A DNA stretch of 64,000 nt. Origin: Thermoplasmata archaeon. Lineage in GTDB: Archaea; Thermoplasmatota; Thermoplasmata; Thermoplasmatales; Thermoplasmataceae. Below the pieces are notes generated by a model. The model saw nothing but the letters and a program-made list of their open reading frames with translations, did no database searches and had not been told where the DNA came from. Positions 1 through 8,864 of this stretch are shown here, piece by piece (position 1 is the first letter of the stretch; each line of letters starts with the position of its first letter). Location of the stretch: positions 16,380 to 80,379 of the forward strand of contig WAQW01000018.1 of the NCBI GenBank assembly GCA_015520045.1, written 5' to 3'. A program made the position numbers and the translations under genes.

Positions 1-221
1 GTGATCATTAACAAGTAAATATTAAAATGGAAAAACGTATGCTAGATTATAATGAAAATAAAAAGCGAGCCTTTTCCTGTTGAAATCAATATCACCGAAC
101 GTTCAAACCGGTGGCATGCAATATCTGAAGATGACGTCAATAATGCAGGTATATGCCACGCACGATTTTTTGAGTACGGGATTGCTTCTCAAAGAAGCGC
201 ATGGCGCTTTGACCATCTGAG

Positions 222-1184
222 GTGGTAATTATTTCCAATATTATCTTTCACCGCTGCGTTGAAAAGCACAGCGATTTCAAAAGCGAGGTACTGGCCGGCC
301 TCAGCAGGGAGCAGAAGAGCATCCCTCCCAAGCTTCTGTATGATGATAATGGATCTCATCTCTTCACGGAGATCACATCTCTGGATGAATACTATCTGAC
401 AAGACTGGAGAGTGAGATTCTGGCAGAGAACAGAGAGGAGATCTCAGAGATTCTCAGAGACACAAACACCCTCGTGGAGTTTGGAGGAGGAGATCTCTCA
501 AAGGCCAGAGGATTCATTGATATGATTCCTCAGCTTGAATGCTATGCCGTGGTGGATATAGCAGATGATTTCATGCTAAAGAATGCCAGAAAGCTTTCCA
601 AAATCTATCCAGACCTTAAGATAATCGCTATCTGTTCGGACTTCTCAAAGAGATTCGATCTCATAGATCTCCCGAAAACTGGTAAGAGTGCATTCCTTTT
701 CCTGGGCTCATCGATCGGTAATTTCGAACCCGCTCAGACCGTTGATTTCTTCAGGAACTGTTCCATGGCCATGAAAAATGGTGACCTTCTCATCCTTGGA
801 GTTGATGCTCCAAAGGACGTGAAAATTCTGGAGAGAGCGTACAACGATTCCAGAGGTATCACCGCGAAATTCAACCTCAATTTGCTGAGAAGAATAAACA
901 GAGAGATGGATGCGAATATTGATATCTCAAACTTCACACACAGGGCCATCTACAATCACAAGCTAAAAAGAATTGAGATGCATCTGGTTGTAAAAAAAGA
1001 TGACACATACACCATCTCAGGGCGATCAATAAGGTTCAGATCAGGTGAGCATATCCATACGGAGAATTCCTACAAGTATGACATTGAAGATGTAAAAATG
1101 TATGCCGGTAGAGCCGGTCTCAGGGTTAACAGAGTTTTCCAAGATAAGAATGGCTTCTATTCCGTTTACATGATCGGCAAATAG
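222..1184 (+). CDS. egtD: L-histidine N-alpha-trimethyltransferase (EgtD, Methyltransf_33)
   Basis: Motifs K-SIPPKLLYDDNGSHLF-EIT-L-EYY, GSSIGNF, AYNDSRGITAKFNLN, RIEMHL and IHTENSYKY. The exact start is uncertain because the GTG lies inside the GAGGTG SD. Confidence 0.9.
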   Translation: MVIISNIIFHRCVEKHSDFKSEVLAGLSREQKSIPPKLLYDDNGSHLFTEITSLDEYYLTRLESEILAENREEISEILRDTNTLVEFGGGDLSKARGFIDMIPQLECYAVVDIADDFMLKNARKLSKIYPDLKIIAICSDFSKRFDLIDLPKTGKSAFLFLGSSIGNFEPAQTVDFFRNCSMAMKNGDLLILGVDAPKDVKILERAYNDSRGITAKFNLNLLRRINREMDANIDISNFTHRAIYNHKLKRIEMHLVVKKDDTYTISGRSIRFRSGEHIHTENSYKYDIEDVKMYAGRAGLRVNRVFQDKNGFYSVYMIGK

Positions 1185-1193
1185 AGATTGGAA

Positions 1194-1952
1194 TCAGCCA
1201 AAGTAACCAAGATCCTCTCCTGATGGAGAGTATGGCTGGTTCTCCTCCTGAATGCGACCGGTTATCTCCTCAATCTGCTTACTCTTAATCTGCAATTCCT
1301 TAAGATCGAGGTCAAGATCGAGTATCTCCTTCAGAACGACCAGTATCTTTATCGCGCCCTTGGGATCTGCGAAGTAGCCAGAGGTTTCTCCCATGAGGCA
1401 CACTCCATCAATGGAGAACATTTCCTTCGCAAGACCCAGCAGGAGGCCTGCAGAACCCACGATGCCACCGCCCGGCTCACCCTTGGGAAAGACAACTCCA
1501 CTCTTCTTCAGTGATGGCACGAGATCCTTTCTGGTGACGGCACCCAGAACACGGGGATCCTCAACAATTCGTCCCGTGCTGTATCCACCCAGAGTGTAGA
1601 TCATTGAAACATGTACATTCTTCAACATCGTGAGAATGTAATGGGATATTTCATACTGCCCCTCCTGGGTGGTGCTTTGCGAATCGCCCAGAAGAACCAG
1701 AAGATCAGGTTTGTCCCTGAACTTTTTGTAATAGACAGAATTTCTGACAAGATTGATCTCACCGTTTTCCTTTATGAGTACCTGTGGCGGAAAGAACTGA
1801 GAGAAGAGATCCCACATCTTCTTCATCTTCAGCTTCTCAACAAGGTACTCTGCAGCAATACGCCCAACATTTCCTATGCCTGGCAATCCACCAACGAGTA
1901 CCGGGCTCTTAAGCCGCGGTTTTCTGACTTCATTCAGTATTATTTTTTCCAA
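1194..1952 (-). CDS. Proteasome assembly chaperone (PAC2/PbaA-like) family protein
   Basis: GLPGIGNVG, TLGGY, GGIVGSAGLL and CLMGET motifs; conserved position after nop10; TTG start after GGTGA. Confidence 0.9.
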   Translation of the reverse strand: MEKIILNEVRKPRLKSPVLVGGLPGIGNVGRIAAEYLVEKLKMKKMWDLFSQFFPPQVLIKENGEINLVRNSVYYKKFRDKPDLLVLLGDSQSTTQEGQYEISHYILTMLKNVHVSMIYTLGGYSTGRIVEDPRVLGAVTRKDLVPSLKKSGVVFPKGEPGGGIVGSAGLLLGLAKEMFSIDGVCLMGETSGYFADPKGAIKILVVLKEILDLDLDLKELQIKSKQIEEITGRIQEENQPYSPSGEDLGYFG

Positions 1953-2109
1953 TCAGTTCACCCTTCTCTTTCAATCTGTATTTCTGAAACCGATCAACAG
2001 GAGAATATCTGGGTGGAATCGCCATAACTGTTTCCTCACCACAGATATCGCAGACGGATTTCATTGTGTAGATCCCACACCTTTTACATTTCCTTATCAA
2101 GGATTTCAT
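1930..2109 (-). CDS. nop10: H/ACA RNP protein Nop10 (not in ORF track)
   Basis: Hand translation MKSLIRKCKRCGIYTMKSVCDICGEETVMAIPPRYSPVDRFQKYRLKEKGELIGKNNTE has a Zn ribbon plus PPRYSPxD and sits between aIF2a and PAC2. Confidence 0.95.
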   Translation of the reverse strand: MKSLIRKCKRCGIYTMKSVCDICGEETVMAIPPRYSPVDRFQKYRLKEKGELIGKNNTE

Positions 2110-2865
2110 TTACGTTCTCTTGAATTCAGCATGAACACCGACTTCCTTTGCCCTGCCGATGATCATATCAACCTTCAATTTCAGTATCTCCTCAGCACTC
2201 TTAAAGTCTTTGTCCACCACTGAAATTCGATACACCGGAGCGCCCTGATAGGTGACTCGAACATTCCTATCGCTGACATCTTCCACGCACGATTTGACCC
2301 TTAGAACCCCATCAGATTCAAGAGAGTATAGTTCAAGCTCACCGCCTATGGTCACCTCCGCGGGTGATATGTTTTCCCTTGCAACCTGGACGAATACCTC
2401 TTTCCACGGATCATTAACATCCGGGAGCCAGTTCTCAGATTCGACTGCGTCTTCAAATGCGCCGTACAGAGTTTCATAGTTATCCACGAGGGCATCGGCG
2501 AATTCTCTCCTGCAGTTTTCAACGGTTGTGTTCAACCTCGCAGCGACGATTTCAAGAAGCTTGTTTGCCTTCTGCTCGTTCTTCCACTCCGAGATCTTTT
2601 CCCTCTTCTGGTGCTGGTTTACCCTCTTCAGAGATAGTTCAACATACCTTCTGGAGGCATCAGTGCTTAGAACCTTACAAACAACATTCTGACCCTCCTT
2701 CAGATAGTTTCGTATGTTCTTCACCCAGCCTCTCGCCACCTCGGCGATGTGGATAAAACCGCGCACATTCTCGTACTCGACCAGTATTACCTTAGCGCCG
2801 AACCCTCGTACCTCTCGGGCGGACGCAATCACAAGATCCCCTGTCTCCGGAAGATCCCTCTTCAT
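2110..2865 (-). CDS. eif2a: Translation initiation factor aIF2 alpha
   Basis: S1 domain (GFIHIAEVARGWVKNIR, LSLKRV) and C-terminal GAPxYRI. Confidence 0.95.
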   Translation of the reverse strand: MKRDLPETGDLVIASAREVRGFGAKVILVEYENVRGFIHIAEVARGWVKNIRNYLKEGQNVVCKVLSTDASRRYVELSLKRVNQHQKREKISEWKNEQKANKLLEIVAARLNTTVENCRREFADALVDNYETLYGAFEDAVESENWLPDVNDPWKEVFVQVARENISPAEVTIGGELELYSLESDGVLRVKSCVEDVSDRNVRVTYQGAPVYRISVVDKDFKSAEEILKLKVDMIIGRAKEVGVHAEFKRT

Positions 2866-3062
2866 CTTACTTCCTCAACGGTTTCTGATATCGTGGAAAG
2901 TATCCCACCAGTGGGTTTGGCCAGAAGCGCCCCACAGATGAGACAGTGTACTTCCGAAGATATCCTGCTGTACGTTATCTGCTCGTTGCTGCAATCCGGG
3001 CACACTATCCGGACAAACCCGTTCTGATTCACCTTTATCTTCCTGAATGCTCTCTCAGCCAT
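2862..3062 (-). CDS. rps27e: 30S ribosomal protein S27e
   Basis: FVRIVCPDCSNEQ...CLICG..LAKPTGG; ATG at 3062. Confidence 0.95.
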   Translation of the reverse strand: MAERAFRKIKVNQNGFVRIVCPDCSNEQITYSRISSEVHCLICGALLAKPTGGILSTISETVEEVR

Positions 3063-3064
3063 TC

Positions 3065-3346
3065 TCAAGCCTCCACCAATTCAAATTTTCTGGCTCTCTT
3101 GGTGGGCGGCGTGACCGCAAACTTACACACCTTGCACCTGAGCCTTATAGATATTCTCTTGGTCGGCTTCTCCCTGCCCTCAAAACGGGGTCTGGGAAAA
3201 CCTCCGTAACCGGCGGTAACCCTTCTGAATCTCCTCTGGCCTGCTTTCAATTCACTGGGCTTCTTCTTTCTCACCCTTTCAACCTCATGATCCGTATGAG
3301 TACGACACTTTGGACAGTAAGCCCTGACCGTTTTAGGCATCTTCAT
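3065..3346 (-). CDS. rpl44e: 50S ribosomal protein L44e
   Basis: YCPKCRTHT, GQRRFRR..GYGGFPRP and KPTKR..LRC.VC. Confidence 0.97.
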   Translation of the reverse strand: MKMPKTVRAYCPKCRTHTDHEVERVRKKKPSELKAGQRRFRRVTAGYGGFPRPRFEGREKPTKRISIRLRCKVCKFAVTPPTKRARKFELVEA

Positions 3347-3573
3347 ATTTTATTCACCATATCCCGACCCATTCTATCAGGTCAACTGGACGTTTTGCTC
3401 TAACGACATAACAATGTTGGATATAAGCATTTAAGGTTTCTCTTGTTGAACCATAAAACTCACCATTGTAGAAAAAATATCATAGGAAAGGAAAGAATGA
3501 TGTTCTCATTTAAAAAGGAAAATTAGAATGGGGACATTTAAATCGCACCTGCATGATTCAAATACAAATAAAG

Positions 3574-3581
3574 TTATATAT
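3574..3581 (+). promoter_or_regulatory. TATA box of a leaderless Sm-rpl37e-purF transcript
   Basis: TTATATAT with an A-rich BRE upstream, about 25 nt before ATG 3607. Confidence 0.55.
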
Positions 3582-3606
3582 ATTCCTAAAATCCTGCAGA
3601 GCTATC

Positions 3607-3861
3607 ATGTCAAAATATCAACAGGGATTTCAAAAGCCAATGGATATTCTTCGGAGGTCCATCAACAGCAACATACTGGTGGATGTTCGTGGAAACAGGC
3701 AGTACTCCGGCATTCTCGATGGATATGATATATACATGAATCTCGTGATCAGGAATGCCATGGAAACTATAAACGGAGAATCGCAGGGAACGCACAGTAT
3801 CATGCTGGTGCGTGGGGACAACGTAGTGTTTGTATCTCCATCGGAGGAGGATTCCACATGA
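3607..3861 (+). CDS. Sm-like (Lsm/SmAP) RNA-binding protein
   Basis: Sm1 motif GILDGYDIYMNLVI and Sm2 motif LVRGDNVVFVSP; directly upstream of rpl37e, as is usual in archaea. Confidence 0.95.
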   Translation: MSKYQQGFQKPMDILRRSINSNILVDVRGNRQYSGILDGYDIYMNLVIRNAMETINGESQGTHSIMLVRGDNVVFVSPSEEDST

Positions 3862-4022
3862 GCAACGGAACTGCTGCAATGGGAAAGATAAACAAAAAGA
3901 AGGTTCACATAAGATGTAGAAGATGTGGTCACCACTCATACCACATAAGAAAAAAGAGGTGTTCCCACTGTGGATTTCCGGCACCCAGAATTCGACACTA
4001 TAACTGGGCAAAAGCCAAGTGA
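3858..4022 (+). CDS. rpl37e: 50S ribosomal protein L37e (not in ORF track)
   Basis: Hand translation MSNGTAAMGKINKKKVHIRCRRCGHHSYHIRKKRCSHCGFPAPRIRHYNWAKAK; GGAGG SD; ATGA overlap with the Sm gene. Confidence 0.97.
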   Translation: MSNGTAAMGKINKKKVHIRCRRCGHHSYHIRKKRCSHCGFPAPRIRHYNWAKAK

Positions 4023-5412
4023 AGATTGTGCCGTCATAGGCATTACAGGGACTGTTCCAGTTTTTTCAAGTCTTGTACTGGGTTTGAAGAGCCTTCAACA
4101 CAGAGGGCAGGAAAGCGCGGGAATATCCCTTTACAATGGTGGGAAGATAAAACTCATAAAGGGCCCCGGCCTTGTATCAGAGGTCTTTGGCCCCGAAACT
4201 GAGCTTCCTGAAGCTTTTGCGGACTCATCGGTAGGGATAGGCCATACCAGATACTCCACAAAAGGCTCGAAATCTTCTCAGAATGCTGGTCCTTTCGCAC
4301 TCTCGGGTGCAGCTGGTTACTTCTCAGTCTCGCACAATGGAGAGATTACCAACGCAGAGGATCTGAGAAGGGATCTCAAAAGAAGAGGTGTTGCCTTTGT
4401 CACAAACAGCGACACGGAGGTTCTTCTGGCGGAGATAGCCAGGGACATCTCTCAGAGGGGGGTGGAAGATGGACTCCGTTATGCCATGTCAAGGCTGAAA
4501 GGGGCTTACTCGCTGGCACTCCTCATAAATGAAAGGCTTTTTGCTGTGAGGGATCCTCACGGATTCAGACCGCTCGTTATTGGAAAAACGAAGGAAAGCT
4601 TTATGGTTGCATCTGAATCATGCACCTTTGACGTGCTTGGTGGGGAGCTAATCCGAGATGTTCTTCCTGGCGAGGTTATTGAACTGACACCAAGAAGCTA
4701 TCGGAGCCTGTTTCGCATCACAGGATCGATATCTCACTGTATGTTTGAATATGTCTACTTCGCGAGACCTGACAGCATAATAGATTCTGCAGAGGTCTTC
4801 AGAACGAGGATTGAGCTTGGCAGAATCCTTGCAAGAGAACATCCGGTAGATGCAGATGTTGTGATACCGGTACCTGATTCTGGAAGAGCACAGTCACTGG
4901 GATTTTCAGAGGAATCGGGCATAAAGTACAGTGAGGGATTGATCAAGAACAGGTACTCGGGAAGAACATTTATCATGCCAACCCAGGAGGGGAGGGTAAA
5001 CGCCATAAGGCTAAAGCTAAACCCCATAAAATCCGCCATTGAGGGGAAGAGGGTTGTTCTGGTTGATGACAGCATAGTTCGTGGCAACACAATAAAGCGC
5101 ATAGTCAGCATCCTGAGGAAGCAAGGAGCTAAGGAGGTGCACGTGAGAATAGGCTCTCCAATGATAGTGGCTCCATGCTATTATGGTGTCGACATGAAGA
5201 CCAGAAAAGATTTTATCGCACGTGATCGTACTGCCAGGGAGATCTGCAAAGAAGTTGGTGCGGATTCGCTGGAATACCTCTCCATTGATGGTCTCATCAG
5301 GGGAATCGGGATGCCTTCTGAAAGACTTTGTAAGGCTTGCCTGACCGGTGTTTACCCGGAACCAATTCCAGAGATGGAGAAGGTCGTTCAGAGAGAACTC
5401 GAAACCTACTGA
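3970..5412 (+). CDS. purF: Amidophosphoribosyltransferase
   Basis: Ntn Cys in EDCAVIG; LQHRGQESAG, GHTRYST, CMFEYVYFARPDS and VVLVDDSIVRGNT; Fe-S Cys motifs. Start uncertain. Confidence 0.96.
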   Translation: MDFRHPEFDTITGQKPSEDCAVIGITGTVPVFSSLVLGLKSLQHRGQESAGISLYNGGKIKLIKGPGLVSEVFGPETELPEAFADSSVGIGHTRYSTKGSKSSQNAGPFALSGAAGYFSVSHNGEITNAEDLRRDLKRRGVAFVTNSDTEVLLAEIARDISQRGVEDGLRYAMSRLKGAYSLALLINERLFAVRDPHGFRPLVIGKTKESFMVASESCTFDVLGGELIRDVLPGEVIELTPRSYRSLFRITGSISHCMFEYVYFARPDSIIDSAEVFRTRIELGRILAREHPVDADVVIPVPDSGRAQSLGFSEESGIKYSEGLIKNRYSGRTFIMPTQEGRVNAIRLKLNPIKSAIEGKRVVLVDDSIVRGNTIKRIVSILRKQGAKEVHVRIGSPMIVAPCYYGVDMKTRKDFIARDRTAREICKEVGADSLEYLSIDGLIRGIGMPSERLCKACLTGVYPEPIPEMEKVVQRELETY

Positions 5413-6254
5413 CCCTTTAACCTGTTCATTTTTTTCTGTATGCCGGCCTTGATGCTTTTGGTATCAATCTTGTGGCCAGCAAGGTCCGCACGCACACAGA
5501 TTGATACCTTACCGGCAATCATTCGGCTGGCTTTGCCTCTCTTATTCCGTGGGAGTGATGTGAGCCCCGGATATTTGAATAGAATGCCATGTTTGGGCGG
5601 CGGGGTCCGTGAGACCATATGCTTGAAAAGAGCCGTTTCAGCACCAAGAGTCTGGATCGTGGAAGAGGGCATAAATGCCAGCCTTTTAAGGCTCCCAGCT
5701 CTCTGAAGGAGTTCAGCGGCAAGGGGCTCCCCCGTGATGGCTGATGTGTTGGGAAGTACTTTCCTGGTTAACCTGACGATAAGGTCATCCAGATAAGACC
5801 TCAGATCGCACAAATTTTTTCCCTCGGAAAAGATGCGTTCAAGGGGCTCCCTGAATTCATTCACCTCCACCACCTTTCTGAAGAGGCCGCATGGATCTGA
5901 AGACGGCAATCCTTCCCTGAAAAAGAAAGATAGCCCGAGAACCTTCTCGAAGTAACTGTTTATCAGGCGATCTAGCTCAATTCTAAGTGACAAAAATTTC
6001 AGAAGCTTCTGGTCATCTGTGAACTCTTCTCTTATTCGTCTTCTTGCCATCTCTATGGCCGCGGTTCTGAGATCGGGGATGTTTTCTTTGCTGATCGGAT
6101 CTTTTTCCAGCGGTGGCACCTCTCCCCTTCTTAGTTTTTCCAGGAGTGAAACGGGATCCTCCAGAAGTCCTCTGAACGGGTAAATCTCCTCTCCCACCTT
6201 TCTTCCGAACCAGAATATTTTCTCTCTGCCCTCCTTTTTCAGTTCTCTCACCAC
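5406..6254 (-). CDS. nop5: C/D-box sRNP subunit Nop5 (Nop56/58 family)
   Basis: Nop domain PNTSAI.G..LAA.LL..AGSL.RLA.MPSSTIQTLGAE.ALF.H...PPKHG and RGKASR. Confidence 0.92.
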   Translation of the reverse strand: MVRELKKEGREKIFWFGRKVGEEIYPFRGLLEDPVSLLEKLRRGEVPPLEKDPISKENIPDLRTAAIEMARRRIREEFTDDQKLLKFLSLRIELDRLINSYFEKVLGLSFFFREGLPSSDPCGLFRKVVEVNEFREPLERIFSEGKNLCDLRSYLDDLIVRLTRKVLPNTSAITGEPLAAELLQRAGSLKRLAFMPSSTIQTLGAETALFKHMVSRTPPPKHGILFKYPGLTSLPRNKRGKASRMIAGKVSICVRADLAGHKIDTKSIKAGIQKKMNRLKGQ

Positions 6255-7095
6255 CGCCGATGGGTTCGATCAGGACCCTTTCAAGATCGACCACCTTTAA
6301 CGAATCAATATCATCATATGATACAAGCATTTTTCCCGTGCCGATCACCTCATTATCTTCAGAAAGCAGGCAGACACGATCTCCGCGTTTTGGCCTTCCG
6401 ATCACAGCCCTTATACCTCCTGGATAAAGATCGGAGCCGTGAGATATGTTCCGGAGAGACGATCTTTTAACGATGATCTTCGGAGTATCCCTGAAGAGAA
6501 AATCAACCGGAAGCAAAATCTTGTCGAGTTCACTTGTTACGCCCAGTTCCAGAAGCTTCAGAGCATCGGAGAAATCTTGCAGTGTTACCATGTGCTCCTC
6601 ACGGAACGGCCCGGTGGCGATCCTTCGCAACTCAACCATGTGCGCCCCCGTTCCCACTGCATAACCCATATCCACACACAGCGTCCGTATGTACGTTCCA
6701 GAGTCACAAACTGTTCTCATAAGGGCCCTTTTGCCTGAAACTTCAAGAAGATCCAGAGTGTGAATCTTTCGAACGCGCAAACGCCGCGCCACTGCGGAAC
6801 GCTCCGGGGGAATCTGATAGACATTTCCCCGAAACAGATTGATAACCTCCTGTATTGATTCGGTGGAAATGGAACTGTGGAATTCTATTACAAAAATGTA
6901 CTCCTTGCTGCTCTCATGTACAATATCTATGAGCCTCGTGGCGCGACCGAGAGCCATCACAAGAACTCCCGTTGCATTGGGATCGAGAGTCCCCACGTGA
7001 CCAACTCGCTGCTCACCCGTGAGCGAGCGAACCCAGTAATCTATCTGATGGCTCGTTGGGCCCCTGGGTTTATCTATAACAACAAAACCTTCCAT
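6013..7095 (-). CDS. cbf5: RNA-guided pseudouridine synthase Cbf5 (TruB family) with basic C-terminal tail
   Basis: IDKPRGPTSHQ, GHVGTLDP (catalytic Asp), YQIPP.RSAV.R, GTYIRTLC and a PUA domain. Confidence 0.96.
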   Translation of the reverse strand: MEGFVVIDKPRGPTSHQIDYWVRSLTGEQRVGHVGTLDPNATGVLVMALGRATRLIDIVHESSKEYIFVIEFHSSISTESIQEVINLFRGNVYQIPPERSAVARRLRVRKIHTLDLLEVSGKRALMRTVCDSGTYIRTLCVDMGYAVGTGAHMVELRRIATGPFREEHMVTLQDFSDALKLLELGVTSELDKILLPVDFLFRDTPKIIVKRSSLRNISHGSDLYPGGIRAVIGRPKRGDRVCLLSEDNEVIGTGKMLVSYDDIDSLKVVDLERVLIEPIGGGERTEKGGQRENILVRKKGGRGDLPVQRTSGGSRFTPGKTKKGRGATAGKRSDQQRKHPRSQNRGHRDGKKTNKRRVHR

Positions 7096-7631
7096 CAGGC
7101 CATCATCTCATCCACGGCGGCCATTATCACCTTTGCAACAGAAGCAGCGCTAAGGGACGTTGAGTCTATCACAAGATCGTAAATTTCAAGGTTGTGTATG
7201 TCTATACCGTAGAACTCCCTGTAACGCCTGGACTCAGACTCCTCCCTCTGGAGTATCTTCAGGTTCGTTTCACTGGTAGCTTCTTTCTCCCTCGATGCCA
7301 CCCTCCTCACTCGCTCGGCCCTATTTGCCTTTATGTAGATCTTTAATGCATCTACGCCGCTGTTGTGGGCAAGCCATCCCGCAAGGCGTGAATCCACCAC
7401 AATACCGTCATTTTTTCTGATCAGGGAGAGAAGCTTGTCATCCTGTTCCCTATCGATCTCCGGATGCTTCTCAGCGTAGAGGTTGAAATGTTCAATATCC
7501 ATTCCCATTTCAGATGCGATCTTTCTGAAGACCTCCCCCCCGGAGAGATACATATAATCAAGGCGAGATGCGATTAGACGAGCAACAGTTGACTTACCGC
7601 TTCCAATGGAACCGCTAACAGTTATCCTCAT
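7095..7631 (-). CDS. cmk: Cytidylate kinase (archaeal type)
   Basis: ITVSGSIGSGKST, DSRLAGW and RYREFYGIDI. Confidence 0.94.
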   Translation of the reverse strand: MRITVSGSIGSGKSTVARLIASRLDYMYLSGGEVFRKIASEMGMDIEHFNLYAEKHPEIDREQDDKLLSLIRKNDGIVVDSRLAGWLAHNSGVDALKIYIKANRAERVRRVASREKEATSETNLKILQREESESRRYREFYGIDIHNLEIYDLVIDSTSLSAASVAKVIMAAVDEMMA

Positions 7632-8317
7632 TCTTCCTCTTCATATTTCTTCAGTCTATAGGAAAAATCTATCCACTTTATGACCATCGTGGCGAGGTAA
7701 CCGAAAACGAGACTTGCAATCATGTACAATGCTATCCACGAGGGAATGAACGAAATGAGGAACTTGGATTTAGCTATGTTTATACCGACCGCCCAGGGAA
7801 CACTGATGAGCTTATACGGAATCTCATAGATGTAAACGTCAAGCCATATGAATATGAGCAGAGTGAACACCGTGAGTATCATAAGCGGCTTCATGGTGTT
7901 CATGGAAATCTGCTGGGATTCCATGGTAACCTCCATCTGCTTCTTTCTGAGCTTCTGGATTTTCTGGTGATCGTTGGCCCTGTATGCCTCTCTCAAAGCC
8001 TTTGAATAGGCGCGAGTGTGAAGCTGCATCTTACCCATCTTAACCCAGTCGGTGAAGAAGTACCTTGGCACCGACGTTATGATCCCTATCAGAATACCTG
8101 AGAGAACAAGAGTGAGAAGCGGATACACTCCATTAAAACCGATTACCGGGCCAAGAAAATCATTGGCCGCACCACCTATTGCAACGCGAAGGGAATTGTT
8201 TGATATCACAATTATCATGCCAAAACTGATTATGATGTATATGAACTGAAATCTGAGCATCTTCTTCTGAGCCTCGCTCATCGGAGGAGGCGGCGACCGA
8301 TTACCTGGAGCTGGCAA
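7628..8317 (-). CDS. DUF106 / EMC3-TMCO1 (Oxa1 superfamily) membrane insertase homolog
   Basis: TM helix, coiled coil, MKP motif, then further TM helices; conserved position after adk. Confidence 0.88.
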   Translation of the reverse strand: MPAPGNRSPPPPMSEAQKKMLRFQFIYIIISFGMIIVISNNSLRVAIGGAANDFLGPVIGFNGVYPLLTLVLSGILIGIITSVPRYFFTDWVKMGKMQLHTRAYSKALREAYRANDHQKIQKLRKKQMEVTMESQQISMNTMKPLMILTVFTLLIFIWLDVYIYEIPYKLISVPWAVGINIAKSKFLISFIPSWIALYMIASLVFGYLATMVIKWIDFSYRLKKYEEEE

Positions 8318-8864
8318 TTTTCAATCCTCCCACTATCCTATCTGCGGCAATCCCCGGATCTCCATCCGGATTTTCGATGAACGATACGGTTGCCCCAGAG
8401 TAGACAGAGTAAGCTATCGCATAGTACCTATTTACATTTTGGTGTTCCTGAATGGTTTCAACGGTGTCATCATCCCTCTTGCGGCTCGCATCCCCTTTTC
8501 TGCGTTTTAGTATGGATACAGGATCCGCCTCGATCAGATAGTAAGCTGAAATCTTCAATTCTCTGAGAACCCATTCTGGAAGACCGGGGAGATAACCGTC
8601 CGGTGACCTGATACTCATATGGGTATCGATTATAACATTGTGCATCTTCCCGATCACCACAGATGCTTCCTTCTGTATCTCAATCTGCCTGGCAACAGGA
8701 AGCTTCCTGAGCTGATCGCGATCCCCAATTCCCAGATTTTTTCTGGCTATGTCAAGCATCTGCGTACCGAAATTGACCACCTTCACACCGTACCTCTCCT
8801 CTATGATCTGAAGCACGGTCGTCTTGCCGACACCAGCTACACCTGCAACAACAACACGCGTCAT
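8301..8864 (-). CDS. adkA: Adenylate kinase (archaeal type)
   Basis: GVAGVGKTT, NFG.M, DRDQLRKL, DTH and GYLPGLP. Confidence 0.96.
   Translation of the reverse strand: MTRVVVAGVAGVGKTTVLQIIEERYGVKVVNFGTQMLDIARKNLGIGDRDQLRKLPVARQIEIQKEASVVIGKMHNVIIDTHMSIRSPDGYLPGLPEWVLRELKISAYYLIEADPVSILKRRKGDASRKRDDDTVETIQEHQNVNRYYAIAYSVYSGATVSFIENPDGDPGIAADRIVGGLKIASSR

Noticed and set aside
7000..7700. Missing rpl34e and rpl14e around cmk
   Set aside because: The genes abut with no gap or remnant, and the absence is consistent with known lineage-level loss.
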